From a virus: a stretch of 64,000 bases of DNA. The DNA lies in IMG/VR virus record IMGVR_UViG_3300044609_000721; one strand, given 5' to 3'. Shown one piece after another: positions 1-10,400 of the stretch. The number at the start of each line of letters is the position of its first letter. Positions within the stretch are counted from its first letter, which is position 1. The position numbers and the translations under genes are program-made. The notes below the pieces were generated by a model. It saw nothing but the letters and a program-made list of their open reading frames with translations, made no database searches and had not been told where the DNA came from.

Positions 1-80
1 ATATTCCATTCATCATACTTTTTGACTTTAATTACGTCGTCAAATTCATTTGCATCTGGATAACAATATCTAAAATTCAT
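1..80 (-). CDS. 5' part of a hypothetical protein running off the window edge (MNFRYCYPDANEFDDVIKVKKYDEWN...)
   Basis: ATG at 80 just downstream of the upstream stop; open frame to position 1. Confidence 0.5.
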   Translation of the reverse strand, partial: MNFRYCYPDANEFDDVIKVKKYDEWN

Positions 81-81
81 T

Positions 82-681
82 TCATGTTCCCTTTATGTTA
101 TAAGTAAGAACTATTCTTTCTTCATCAGTAGAATTCTCTTGTGTCCTATGATTAATCCATGGAGGAAAGATAAGAACGTCATTTGTAGTAACTTCCAATT
201 CTCTCCACAATTGCTTCTCTGGATTGAATGGTAGTCCAAGTTTATGGTACTCTAAAGGATCTCTAAACTCAATATTACCAGATCCTTCTGGACACTTCAG
301 GTAAGCAGAAACAACCATGTCAGACATATTATGAACATGTTCGACGGTTTTTCCTGTTCTTCTGTGAACATTAATCCATGACTTGGTGATGATACTATTG
401 GAAGATAAAAGTTGATTCATCTCCCAAATATATGCAATTCTAGATACCAACCATTTGTGATAATCATTTAAGAGTGGAGAGTTATGAGGTTCTAACTCGT
501 TATCATAAACTCCAACTCTTGCTGTGGATATTGCATCACCAGTTTCTAATAGACTAGACTCTGGTGATACAGACCAATGAGTTCGCAGAGACTCAATCAG
601 AGGATTAAGTTTATCTAAATCAAACTCGTATTTAAATTTCCAAATCAAAGGTGGCCATAAATGTATTGGTGTTCCATCCAT
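82..681 (-). CDS. Putative 2OG-Fe(II) oxygenase (TIGR02466-like, cyanophage type)
   Basis: WINVH...EHVH...SAYLK...GNIEFRDP...LIFPPWINH...RIVLTYNI jelly-roll pattern. Confidence 0.8.
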   Translation of the reverse strand: MDGTPIHLWPPLIWKFKYEFDLDKLNPLIESLRTHWSVSPESSLLETGDAISTARVGVYDNELEPHNSPLLNDYHKWLVSRIAYIWEMNQLLSSNSIITKSWINVHRRTGKTVEHVHNMSDMVVSAYLKCPEGSGNIEFRDPLEYHKLGLPFNPEKQLWRELEVTTNDVLIFPPWINHRTQENSTDEERIVLTYNIKGT

Positions 682-684
682 AAA

Positions 685-906
685 TCAAGAAATTCCACAC
701 TCCTCTTTTGCTAATTCCAGACCTTCAATAGCACCTTGAAGTTTAATGATTAGTTCATACATCTCTTGACGCTTTTGAAAGTCAATTGTAGTAATACCAT
801 AAGGATTTAGTTTGGTATCAGCAAATTCTACCTCAAGTTTTTCTTTATCTTCAATTGCCATTTGAATTTGACCTTTAAAATTATCAATCAGTTCATCAAT
901 AGTCAT
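685..906 (-). CDS. Hypothetical coiled-coil protein (73 aa)
   Basis: ORF tightly packed in operon. Confidence 0.6.
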   Translation of the reverse strand: MTIDELIDNFKGQIQMAIEDKEKLEVEFADTKLNPYGITTIDFQKRQEMYELIIKLQGAIEGLELAKEECGIS

Positions 907-1676
907 AATTTCCGATCTCCTGTTCTATAGCGTTTAAAAATTTCTGTCACTCTATTTATTCTAGATTGAACCGAATCATATCTCATTGTATTGCATCTAT
1001 TTGCATAGACAAATGATTCCTCCATATCATACTCCACTTGTCCAGCACTGTCAATAATGGTCTCAAAGTTATTGAGGTTCAAATACTTCCTATTTACAGG
1101 TACGTACTGAACTAAAGGTGTTCCAGCCTTTACAAATGTTTCACCTTCAAGTACATGCCAAAAAAGTTGAACATTCATAACATGTGCATATCTGGGGTCT
1201 AGAATTCCATATGCTGGAGTAAATCTAGATTCATTGTTATATGCAACTGGCATTTGTATGAATACAATATCATCAGATGCTTTCACTCTCCATGGAGTCT
1301 CAACTTTAACAATTTGCTTAAGAGTATTATCTGGATTATCTAATAGTGGTTCAACTTGCTTTTCATCATGCTTATCAATATACCCATACATACCACGTTT
1401 GAATAGGTATGGTGTTTCCCAAGTAAAACTAGATCCATCACCATTGGTAGTGATAGTAAAGTCTGCAGGAGCAACTAATACGTAACCAGCATGAGCAAGA
1501 TTAGTGATTCCTGGGCAATTTGAAGATGACATGAAACCAGAGAAAGGACATTTCTTTTTCCTTACTTCTGGTTCCATCCATTTCCTTCTAATTGAATGTG
1601 ATGTAATGATTGGGTATAAGTCAGTCACTCCAGGTTCTAGTGAATAGAACCTGATCCAACTCTTTTTTCTAAACAT
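903..1676 (-). CDS. Hypothetical protein (257 aa) of the oxygenase/halogenase cluster
   Basis: Long ORF with 4-nt overlap with next gene; CPF/CPG and GYVLVAP motifs. Confidence 0.7.
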   Translation of the reverse strand: MFRKKSWIRFYSLEPGVTDLYPIITSHSIRRKWMEPEVRKKKCPFSGFMSSSNCPGITNLAHAGYVLVAPADFTITTNGDGSSFTWETPYLFKRGMYGYIDKHDEKQVEPLLDNPDNTLKQIVKVETPWRVKASDDIVFIQMPVAYNNESRFTPAYGILDPRYAHVMNVQLFWHVLEGETFVKAGTPLVQYVPVNRKYLNLNNFETIIDSAGQVEYDMEESFVYANRCNTMRYDSVQSRINRVTEIFKRYRTGDRKL

Positions 1677-1703
1677 AATTTATCTACCTTTATTCAGATT
1701 ATA

Positions 1704-3308
1704 TCATGCATCAACGTGTTCGTCAACCCCATCGTAAATATTATCTCGGAGAAACTCATAGTGAGAAGGTAATGTTTGAACATACTCAACAATATGATCT
1801 CTATATTGTTCATATTTTCGCTTGGAGTCTTCAATCCTATCTAAAGGCCATCCATTACTTTCATAGATTTGCTCAACTTGCCTCTTATACGAAAGTGGTT
1901 TCATTCCCATTCCAGCAGCAATATAATTTGTACCACTGGTTCTAGTCTCCCAGTAATTATTCTGAAGTGATCCTGCAAGGAAACTTTGATATGATGCTTG
2001 ATGATTCACAAATACGTTCATCATATCTGGATTGTATTCATTAATGTTTGTTGCCCATCTCCAGTATGGAGTATCATCTCTCATAGAGAACGCATAGTGC
2101 ATAGAAACAAAATCCACAAATCCAGTCAATTCATGATCAACAGCAAAGTTGTATCCATCAATTTCAGATCTGGTTACTCTACCCTCTCTACGATTGATAA
2201 GATCTACCAGTTTAATCACATTTTCATGAGTTGTGAGCAGTCCTGTAGATTCTAAAGGTTCTACGAATCCATAGGACAATCCAATTCCAACAACGTTTCT
2301 AACCCATGCACGTTCTCTCTTTCCATGACGAATATTAATATGGAACATTTCTGCTTCTTCTGCTCTCTTTGGATCAGTTTTTGCTAAATGCTCTCTGAAT
2401 TCTTTTTGTGCATCCTCTTTAGATGTAAAGCGAGATGAGTAAACATATCCCGTTCCAATACGATTCCAGAGAGGAATATTCCAAACCCATCCATTGTCTA
2501 GTGCATGACAATCGGTAACATTGTGCATTTCATTTTCCCTATCAATATAGGGGATTCTGCAAGCCCATGCACTATCGTTTGCAAGTTTCTTACTGAAAGG
2601 TCTGAAAATAGAACCCATATACCCCTCAAGGAGCATGGATTTAAATCCAGTACAATCAATATAAAGATCTGCACAAATTGCAGTCTCTTCATCAAGAACT
2701 AGATATTTGATTGATTGATCTTTGTTTGGTTCATATCCAGTAATGTTACCAACAATATGTTGAACTCCATTAGGAATACAAATATTTTCCTTTAACCACT
2801 TACCAAATAGTTCCGCATCCATGTGGTATGCAGTATCATATTTAAAACTAAAGTTTCTAATTTTATTGTCTTTATTTCTGGTCTGTTTGTTGTACTTGGC
2901 CAAGAAGGTATTGGCATTATAGAACTCAGCAAAAGTATCTGGAGTATAACTCTCATCAAAGAGAGCAATTTCTGCCCAAGTATTCAGACCATTATGCTTA
3001 TCGGTGAAATCAAACTCTGCACCAAAAGGATATTCAAAATGACTTCCATCATTTTCACGGAAGTTAGTAAATCGAATAGAATTTTTGTAAGTTGCATTAC
3101 ATGCCTTCATCCAATCTTCATCCTTAATATCCAAAAGATCTAAGAATCGATTGATATGACCAAGAGTAGATTCTCCCACGCCAACTGTTTTGACATTGGG
3201 AGATTCAACTAAAGCAATTTCCAAAAATGGGCACAGTTTACTAAGTGCTGCAGCAGTCATCCATCCAGAAGAACCACCACCAACAATTACGACGCTTTCA
3301 ATTTTCAT
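1704..3308 (-). CDS. prnA: Flavin-dependent tryptophan halogenase, PrnA family
   Basis: GGGSSGW FAD motif, VGVGEST, ATYK (catalytic Lys region), GWVWNIP (WxWxIP), FVEPLESTG. Confidence 0.92.
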   Translation of the reverse strand: MKIESVVIVGGGSSGWMTAAALSKLCPFLEIALVESPNVKTVGVGESTLGHINRFLDLLDIKDEDWMKACNATYKNSIRFTNFRENDGSHFEYPFGAEFDFTDKHNGLNTWAEIALFDESYTPDTFAEFYNANTFLAKYNKQTRNKDNKIRNFSFKYDTAYHMDAELFGKWLKENICIPNGVQHIVGNITGYEPNKDQSIKYLVLDEETAICADLYIDCTGFKSMLLEGYMGSIFRPFSKKLANDSAWACRIPYIDRENEMHNVTDCHALDNGWVWNIPLWNRIGTGYVYSSRFTSKEDAQKEFREHLAKTDPKRAEEAEMFHINIRHGKRERAWVRNVVGIGLSYGFVEPLESTGLLTTHENVIKLVDLINRREGRVTRSEIDGYNFAVDHELTGFVDFVSMHYAFSMRDDTPYWRWATNINEYNPDMMNVFVNHQASYQSFLAGSLQNNYWETRTSGTNYIAAGMGMKPLSYKRQVEQIYESNGWPLDRIEDSKRKYEQYRDHIVEYVQTLPSHYEFLRDNIYDGVDEHVDA

Positions 3309-3347
3309 AAGTTTTTCAGATAAATGATCAAGAAATAAATTTAAATA

Positions 3348-3839
3348 TCAATCTTCCTTTTTATAACCTTTCCATCCAGGATATCTTACCCAGGCAGGTT
3401 TTTCCATTGTAGAAATACCACATGGTTTATCTGCACCTGGTTCTTCGTTCTCTGCAAACTCTAGAAGTTCTTCGAGAACCATTAAATTCTCTTGAGACTG
3501 TTGTTTTGGTTTGGGTAAAGTCTCTTTTACATTTTTAATATGATCAACCCAAGTATTTGTTCCACTGACCATATCCTTATATAGCATATCAAGTTGCTCT
3601 CCAACATCACCATAAGCAACTTTTCTTGCCATACCTGGATCAGTATATGGTTGATCCCTCTTCACCCAAACCATATGTCCTTTTTTGGGTGAATATTCTA
3701 GAGTCCATTCTAGAGCAACTTCATCTGGAGCATCAACCCAAAGCATTGCTGCTCCAGGTCCTTCATAAATTTCATACTCTTCTCCAGGATCTTTAATTTC
3801 GTGAATGTATCCTTGAAATCCTACTAATACCTTTTTCAT
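3348..3839 (-). CDS. Hypothetical protein (163 aa)
   Basis: ORF with AGGAG SD, directly downstream of a late promoter. Confidence 0.7.
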   Translation of the reverse strand: MKKVLVGFQGYIHEIKDPGEEYEIYEGPGAAMLWVDAPDEVALEWTLEYSPKKGHMVWVKRDQPYTDPGMARKVAYGDVGEQLDMLYKDMVSGTNTWVDHIKNVKETLPKPKQQSQENLMVLEELLEFAENEEPGADKPCGISTMEKPAWVRYPGWKGYKKED

Positions 3840-3863
3840 GTTTAAATTACTCCTTTCCTATGG

Positions 3864-3871
3864 TATTTATA
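3864..3871 (-). promoter_or_regulatory. T4-type late promoter TATAAATA
   Basis: Exact TATAAATA on minus strand 25 nt upstream of ORF start at 3839. Confidence 0.7.
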
Positions 3872-4670
3872 TGTAATGTGTTACAACCACAAGTCCAGGT
3901 CTTCCATTAGATCCTCTGTGGCCATGATAGTGTGCCCCTGATCCACCAGATCCTGGTGCAGAGTGAGACTGGTGGTTATGACTAAAGTTACCACCTTGAG
4001 GGTGTCCAGCAGCAACGGCGCCGCCGTGATGAGAAGTCCCACCAAGATTAGCACCTCTACCATGATGTGAGTCTCCGCCTCCACCATAAATGTTTAGATC
4101 TCCACCAGATCCAACTCCAGCAAGACCACCAGAGTGTTGGTTATTACGATTGGCACCGAAACCACCAGAAGCAGAGCAATAAGATCCAAATGATGAAGCA
4201 CCACCATTATCTCCTGCGTTTGCATAGTAGGTACCATTCACTTCTCCAGAAACAGTTACTGGAACCGAAGAAATGGATTGCACATTAATAATTCTTTCAG
4301 AATATCCTCCAGCACCTCCACATTCACCATGGCCAGATCCTCCTCCTCCACCACCTTGAACCTTTACGTGAATAAAACGAATATTTCCAGGTTTTGTCCA
4401 AGTACCAGACGAAGTGAATACCTGAGTGCTTAGAATATTACCAGTAGATCCCAATGGTTGCCAAGATGCTGTAGATCCACTGGTCTCTAACCATTTTCCA
4501 GAATTACCAGATTGGGATGGTAATGTAGAATTAGTAGTACCGCTAATTGTACCGTTAATAACCAAGTTACTAACTTGAAGTCTTCCTACAACAGACAAAG
4601 AACCAGAAACTAGATCAAATCCACTAGTTCCACTAAAATCTCTAATATTTGTAACTTTAATAGTACTCAT
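3867..4670 (-). CDS. Glycine-rich fibre/virion protein, paralog A
   Basis: QVFTSSGTWTKP...VQGGGGGG...GGAGGY...GRPGLVVV glycine-rich domain. Confidence 0.75.
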   Translation of the reverse strand: MSTIKVTNIRDFSGTSGFDLVSGSLSVVGRLQVSNLVINGTISGTTNSTLPSQSGNSGKWLETSGSTASWQPLGSTGNILSTQVFTSSGTWTKPGNIRFIHVKVQGGGGGGSGHGECGGAGGYSERIINVQSISSVPVTVSGEVNGTYYANAGDNGGASSFGSYCSASGGFGANRNNQHSGGLAGVGSGGDLNIYGGGGDSHHGRGANLGGTSHHGGAVAAGHPQGGNFSHNHQSHSAPGSGGSGAHYHGHRGSNGRPGLVVVTHYI

Positions 4671-4677
4671 TTGTTTA

Positions 4678-5478
4678 TCACTTGAAATGTGTTACGACAA
4701 CTAATCCAGGTCTTCCATTAGATCCTCTATGACCAGAGAAATATCCACCAGATCCACCAGATCCTGGTGCAGAGTGAGACTGGTGGTTATGACTAAAGTT
4801 ACCACCTTGAGGGTGTCCAGCAGCAACAGCACCACCAAAGTGTGATGCACCACCAACAGAAGAATAGTTGTGGTGTGATTGTCCACCACCACCATAAATG
4901 TTTAGATCTCCACCAGATCCAACTCCAGCAAGACCACCAGAGTGTTGGTTAGTTCTATTAGCACCAAGACCACCAGATGCTGAACAGTAAGCTCCAAACG
5001 AGGAAGCGCCACCATTATCACCAGGACCAGAATAATAAGTACCATTGACTTCTCCAGCAACAGTTACTGCAACTGTGGAAACCGATTGTACGTCAATAAC
5101 TCTCTCTGAGTAACCACCGGCTCCTCCACCTTCACCATGTCCAGATCCACCGCCGCCACCGCCTTGTACTTGAACTTTGATGAATCTTACACCAGTTGGT
5201 TTTGTCCAAGTACCAGATGAGGTGAATACCTGCATACTGGTAATATTGTCAGATGTTGGTTTTGTGATCCACTGTGGATTTGTGCCATCAGTAGAAAGAA
5301 TTCTACCAGCATTACCTGACTGTGAAGGGAGATACTGTTTATTGTTTCCACTAATAGTACCATTAATAACAAGGTTCGAAACTGTCAGAGTTCCGTTAGC
5401 AGTAACTGCACCAGAAGATAAACTAAATCCACCTGTATTACTTAGATCTTTAATTGCTGCAACTTTTAGGGTACTCAT
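4678..5478 (-). CDS. Glycine-rich fibre/virion protein, paralog B
   Basis: Tandem paralog of 3867..4670 with the same architecture. Confidence 0.75.
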   Translation of the reverse strand: MSTLKVAAIKDLSNTGGFSLSSGAVTANGTLTVSNLVINGTISGNNKQYLPSQSGNAGRILSTDGTNPQWITKPTSDNITSMQVFTSSGTWTKPTGVRFIKVQVQGGGGGGSGHGEGGGAGGYSERVIDVQSVSTVAVTVAGEVNGTYYSGPGDNGGASSFGAYCSASGGLGANRTNQHSGGLAGVGSGGDLNIYGGGGQSHHNYSSVGGASHFGGAVAAGHPQGGNFSHNHQSHSAPGSGGSGGYFSGHRGSNGRPGLVVVTHFK

Positions 5479-5500
5479 ACCTTAATCCTCTCTACATGTT

Positions 5501-5508
5501 TATTTATA
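5501..5508 (-). promoter_or_regulatory. Late promoter TATAAATA
   Basis: Exact motif 23 nt upstream of ATG 5478. Confidence 0.7.
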
Positions 5509-5538
5509 AAATTGTTTGATCATAATGAGTCTGTACGT

Positions 5539-6435
5539 TTATGCTCTAGTGATGTAAATATATCCGCTGCCGTCACCAGAGGTATTGCCGCCAGTAGTAT
5601 TTTGTGGATTAGATCCAGAATTAAATGATCCACCTCCAGCAGCATCATAACTCCAAGGTGAGGCACCGCCTCCAGAATATCCACCGCCAGCGCCAGCACC
5701 GTTGGTTCCACCACCACCGCCACCGCCACCGAATCCTCCGCGAGCATTAGCACCACCTACAGAACCATTAGTAAAAGATTGACCAAACCACGATCCACTA
5801 CCATTACCAGTTAATCCACCACCGCCGCCAGCATTACCATATCCGCTGCCGCCAGATCCTCCTGAACCACCTCCAGCCCAAGAAGTACTAAAACCATTCT
5901 GACCAGAGTTTCCTGCAGGACTACCACTTCCACTAAATCCAGAAGCAGATCCTCCTCCTCCACCACCAGCAATAATTAATGGTGAATTATCAGTATAGCA
6001 GACATAAGTGCCTCCTCCACCACCAGCATCATAGTAATTATTTTCTCCGTTTTGCCCAACAACCATTTTCAATTGCGTTCCAGAAGATAGTGAAAATGTT
6101 CCAACCATCAATGCTCCCCATCCACCCCATCTACCCCAACCATTGCTATATCCACCCCTAGCTCCACCTACAGTAATTCTGTAAGATCCACTTGAAGGGA
6201 CTATCCAATATTGATATCCAGAAATAACGTTATAGAATGAGATATTATTTTTCCAAGCATCAACACCTATTCCAGTAAGTCCATTTATACCTTGCGATAA
6301 ACTTGGTCCAGTATTATATGCTTGTCCACCTGGAGTAAATCTAGCCTCGGTAAAAGCATAGCGAGATCCACCAGAACCTGATGACGGACCAACTGGAATA
6401 AGATTTGATTTAAAACCAGTAATAAATGGTGCCAT
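5539..6435 (-). CDS. Glycine-rich domain virion protein (probable start MAPFITG at 6435)
   Basis: YQYWIVPSSGSYRITVGGARGG...GGGGGTY...LIIAGGGGGG poly-glycine fibre-type domain. Confidence 0.75.
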   Translation of the reverse strand: MAPFITGFKSNLIPVGPSSGSGGSRYAFTEARFTPGGQAYNTGPSLSQGINGLTGIGVDAWKNNISFYNVISGYQYWIVPSSGSYRITVGGARGGYSNGWGRWGGWGALMVGTFSLSSGTQLKMVVGQNGENNYYDAGGGGGTYVCYTDNSPLIIAGGGGGGSASGFSGSGSPAGNSGQNGFSTSWAGGGSGGSGGSGYGNAGGGGGLTGNGSGSWFGQSFTNGSVGGANARGGFGGGGGGGGTNGAGAGGGYSGGGASPWSYDAAGGGSFNSGSNPQNTTGGNTSGDGSGYIYITRA

Positions 6436-6440
6436 AGTAA

Positions 6441-7376
6441 TTACGCAAACTCTGACATCTGTAGTAATGGAATCCAACTGTTAGAAGTTCCACCACTTGA
6501 ATCTGTATATTGAGTAACTCTCATCATAGAAACTCCAACCACAACTGTTCTATTTGCAGTTGCAGCAGGTGCTGATCCACCACTCCATCTTGCAGTTCCA
6601 ATGCTTGTACCATCTAACATAATTGTACCAGAAGGTCTATATGCAGTTGAACCATTCTGATATATAATCGTGAAACCAAATGCTCTGTTGGAGTCTACTC
6701 CACCAGTTCCAATACTTGTTTGAGGGAGACCTCTCAGGTTTATCATAAAATTGTTCTGTAGATTAGTGATATAAACGATTCCACCGTCAAGATAGTCAAT
6801 ATTAACAACTGGAGAAGTATCAAAATCAGGTAATCTGTAAGATACCATCTTTTCTCTAATGGCACCAACATCAAATCGTGCTCCTACAGTATTTAAAATG
6901 TCATAAACATCTAAATCTTCGTAAGCAGCAACGTTCGAATCTTCACCAATAACATAGAAATTTGCACCATTTTCAATTGTTAGGGTATATCCACTAGCAA
7001 TTTCTACTGGACCTGCACTATAAGCATTAGTAAACTGAGCACCACCGTTAGCAACTGGACCAATAGTAATGTTTTCATCGATACTATTAGAGTTTGTTCT
7101 AATGTAAGAAGTATCTTTATTACCTACGTGAGGACCACCAGCACCAACAAGAGTCCATCCATCTAGACCCTGGCCGTTTGAGTTGCTGACATAAACCTCT
7201 ACCTTATCTTCAGTTGTATTGAATCTAAGTGTACCGTAAGCAACACCAGTAGGACGTTGAGCAGTAGTACCAGTCGGTAACTGCAAAACACTATTAGTGT
7301 TTAAGAACTGTAGTGAGGAAATCAGAGCTTGAGTACTAGTACTAATCTGATTACCATTGATTTGCTGTAATGCCAT
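6441..7376 (-). CDS. Tail-fibre-like structural protein
   Basis: LQLPTGTTAQRP...GTLRFNTTEDKVEVY motif typical of phage fibres. Confidence 0.7.
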   Translation of the reverse strand: MALQQINGNQISTSTQALISSLQFLNTNSVLQLPTGTTAQRPTGVAYGTLRFNTTEDKVEVYVSNSNGQGLDGWTLVGAGGPHVGNKDTSYIRTNSNSIDENITIGPVANGGAQFTNAYSAGPVEIASGYTLTIENGANFYVIGEDSNVAAYEDLDVYDILNTVGARFDVGAIREKMVSYRLPDFDTSPVVNIDYLDGGIVYITNLQNNFMINLRGLPQTSIGTGGVDSNRAFGFTIIYQNGSTAYRPSGTIMLDGTSIGTARWSGGSAPAATANRTVVVGVSMMRVTQYTDSSGGTSNSWIPLLQMSEFA

Positions 7377-7407
7377 TTGTTACGCAGTCCTTTCCTATTT
7401 GTATTTA

Positions 7408-10400
7408 TTAGATTGGGAACTCTCTAATCTGAATATTGTCTCCATTTCTAGGAGCATCACCAGATCCAAATACAACGTTAGTACCAGAAACTGTATAATT
7501 TGTATCAGGTACTTGGCAAACACCATTGATGAATACCATTACACTTCTGGAATTATGACCAGAGGTAATAGTATATTGTTGGGTTGTACCATCACCAGTG
7601 TACGATCTCAAAATATACTTAGATGGAGAAACACCTCCCTTACCATCAACAACAAGATCACCACTAATATGCTGACTACCAGTAACATCTAATCTATAGG
7701 TGGTGTTTGCAGTACCACCAAGAGCCATATTTGTATTGGATCCAAATGTAGCAATATCAATGAATCCTGTGTTTGTAAGTCCAAACTTATACCATGTATT
7801 GGAATAATAAATCCAACCTAGGTTCTTTCCAGGAGTCCATGATGTATTGTATACAATATCACCGTCAATAGGTGTTGTATAATATGTTAGAGCAGATAGA
7901 TTTGGTTGTCCAGATCCATTGTCTGGTGCCATTAGTGTGGACTTTAGAATTGTACCATCTGGATTCGCATATGTCAACTTCTTGACTTGAATATTGCTGT
8001 CCGAAGTAAGTTTTCCTTGGAATGTTACAGGACCAGCAAATAGTGATTCTAACTGGTTAGATGCACCACCAAGAACCGTCAACTTATCAGTAAGAACAAG
8101 TTCAGAGAATGTCTGAATTGTAGTGTTCTCTTCACCAACAACATTCAACTGAGCAATATCGTCAGAAGTGATCTGTCCAGTAACAGGGTTGATAACCTGG
8201 TTACCGATGAATAGATCACCGTTCGAGTTTAGACCAGAGTAGAATGAAACACCAGCAGCTTCCTTAAGTGACTGAGATAGTTTTACCTGATCTGCAGTTA
8301 GAACTTCAACCTGAGTCTGTGGGAATGCAGTTGAGTAGTTACCAGGACCGAAACCAGTATATTCAAATGTATGGTTACCAGATCTTTGAATAGAGTGACG
8401 ACGAAGTTCAATGGGGATGGGTACCAATTCTCCCTCAGTATCAACCTTGAGTGGAATCATTCTAGTTTCAGCATCACCTAGTCTAGCAGTCAATCCAAAT
8501 GAACCGATTGTTCCAGCACTAGCATTCCATGCAAGGTTATTTTGAGATTCTGCAAGGAAGAATTGTGCTGCTTCCTTTGTGATACTTCTCTTAGTATCCT
8601 TATTTGGAGTTGGAGTAGCACCATCGGTTCCATATACCAGACCAATAGTAATATTATCCGCAACAGAAATAGATGCCAATGGATCAGCATTTGGATTATC
8701 TCTGTCAAATGCAGGATATACTTCGTTCACATTCTGAGAGAATCTAAAGTCATTAAAGTTTGAAGTGGATGGTGTAATAGATGCACACAATACACTCAAG
8801 TAGTAAATACCATCGGCAACACCTCTTTCAAATTGCTGATGAGTTTCAATCTCATACACATAATAAACTTTATTGTATGATGGAGAACTAGACTCACTGG
8901 ATCTTGGTTGCAACACATAACCAGTAATAGGTGCTCTAGGAACAGGGAATGAATCTTTTGGCATTACATAGCGTAATCTATAGATTCTATCTTTCAGAAC
9001 ACGAGCATCAGGTACTCTCTTGATGAATGTAGTTGGAGTAAATGCTAGAGTATTGTAAATGGCATTGGTAGTTAGAGTAGTAAAGATTTCATTACTTGTA
9101 GATGAAACTTGAATATACCAACCACCAACAACACTTTGACCACCAACACTGTATGTGTTTGAGTCAAACTTCAATGGGCTATCTGCAGTATTTGCAGTTG
9201 CAGTAGTTACAGATGGTCCGTATGGATTAATTCTTGCAGATTTAACTGTTGCTGTTGTAGATCCAGAAGAAATTAGCAGACAGTATAACTTATCTGGTAC
9301 AGCAGATCCACCAGTACCATCTTGTCTAGCACCAACAGTATAACCTTGAACTTTCTTTGGAGGTGCAGCATCTGGATTAGTGTATCCATATAGATACAAT
9401 CTCTGTGAATTTGCAACTACTTTGGTTCTCTGAATATCAACGTTAACCCAGTTTACAGATACTTCAGGAACATCAGAAAGAGACTTAGGTGGAATGATGT
9501 GAGTTAGAGTTCCGAACTTATCCTTAGTAAATGCTGCTGCTTTGAATCCCTTACAGCGGAGAGCAGTGTTACCAAAGTTAGAGTTGGAGTTAGTGATGGA
9601 CATGTCAGCACCACTATCAGCAAAGAAGTGATCACCATATCCCACCGCGAACACCGAAACGACCTGAATGAATGCGTCGTTGGATGCCTTAATGTGAACG
9701 TGTCTCCATCCCTTCTTATATCTACATGCACCATCTAGGTGAGCACCTTGGCCACCCTCATCGTAGGATCCAGTAGAAGTGTTATAGCGTACAAATGCAC
9801 GATCGTCTTTCTGTAGAGATAGACCAGTGAACTGTGCAACAACCATGGATTTGAAACCAGTGGTTTTTCCACCATCAGCGTGCATACCATTCATACCCCA
9901 CACAGAACGTAGGGATAGGTTGAACACATATGGAGATGATGAGTCAACAGTATCAATCTCAACCTTAACTAGAATGTTAGATCCAACAGCATTACCAGTT
10001 GGTTCATCAGACATCTGATAGGTAAATACGTTTCCTTGTGCAGATGTTACTTGGAAGGATCCATTGTAGAGAGAGGCATCCAGTTCAGACTGAGTACCAG
10101 TCGATCCAGTAACACCTGAAATATTAACAGAAACCCCAACGGAGAATCCGTGATTCTTAGGATTACCTAGTTCATCAACAGTGATTGCAGTAGCAGTCTG
10201 ACCGTTTCTAGTAATCTGAAGAACCTGGAATTCGTCAGAGATAGGTCCAACGATTCTATTTTCTTCGATTCTTGGTTGTAGTTGGTCTTGTGATGGAGTA
10301 CCAGAGGTATCAGGAATAGAAGTGAATGCTCTCGAAATCTTCTGATAGTAGATCTCAAGGTCAGTTCTGGACTGAAGATCAGGAATGATCGAAGAGTTAA

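Noticed and set aside
3940-4951. Diversity-generating retroelement (template/variable repeat)
   Set aside because: The repeats are identical rather than adenine-specific variants, both lie in coding paralogs, and no reverse transcriptase is in the window.
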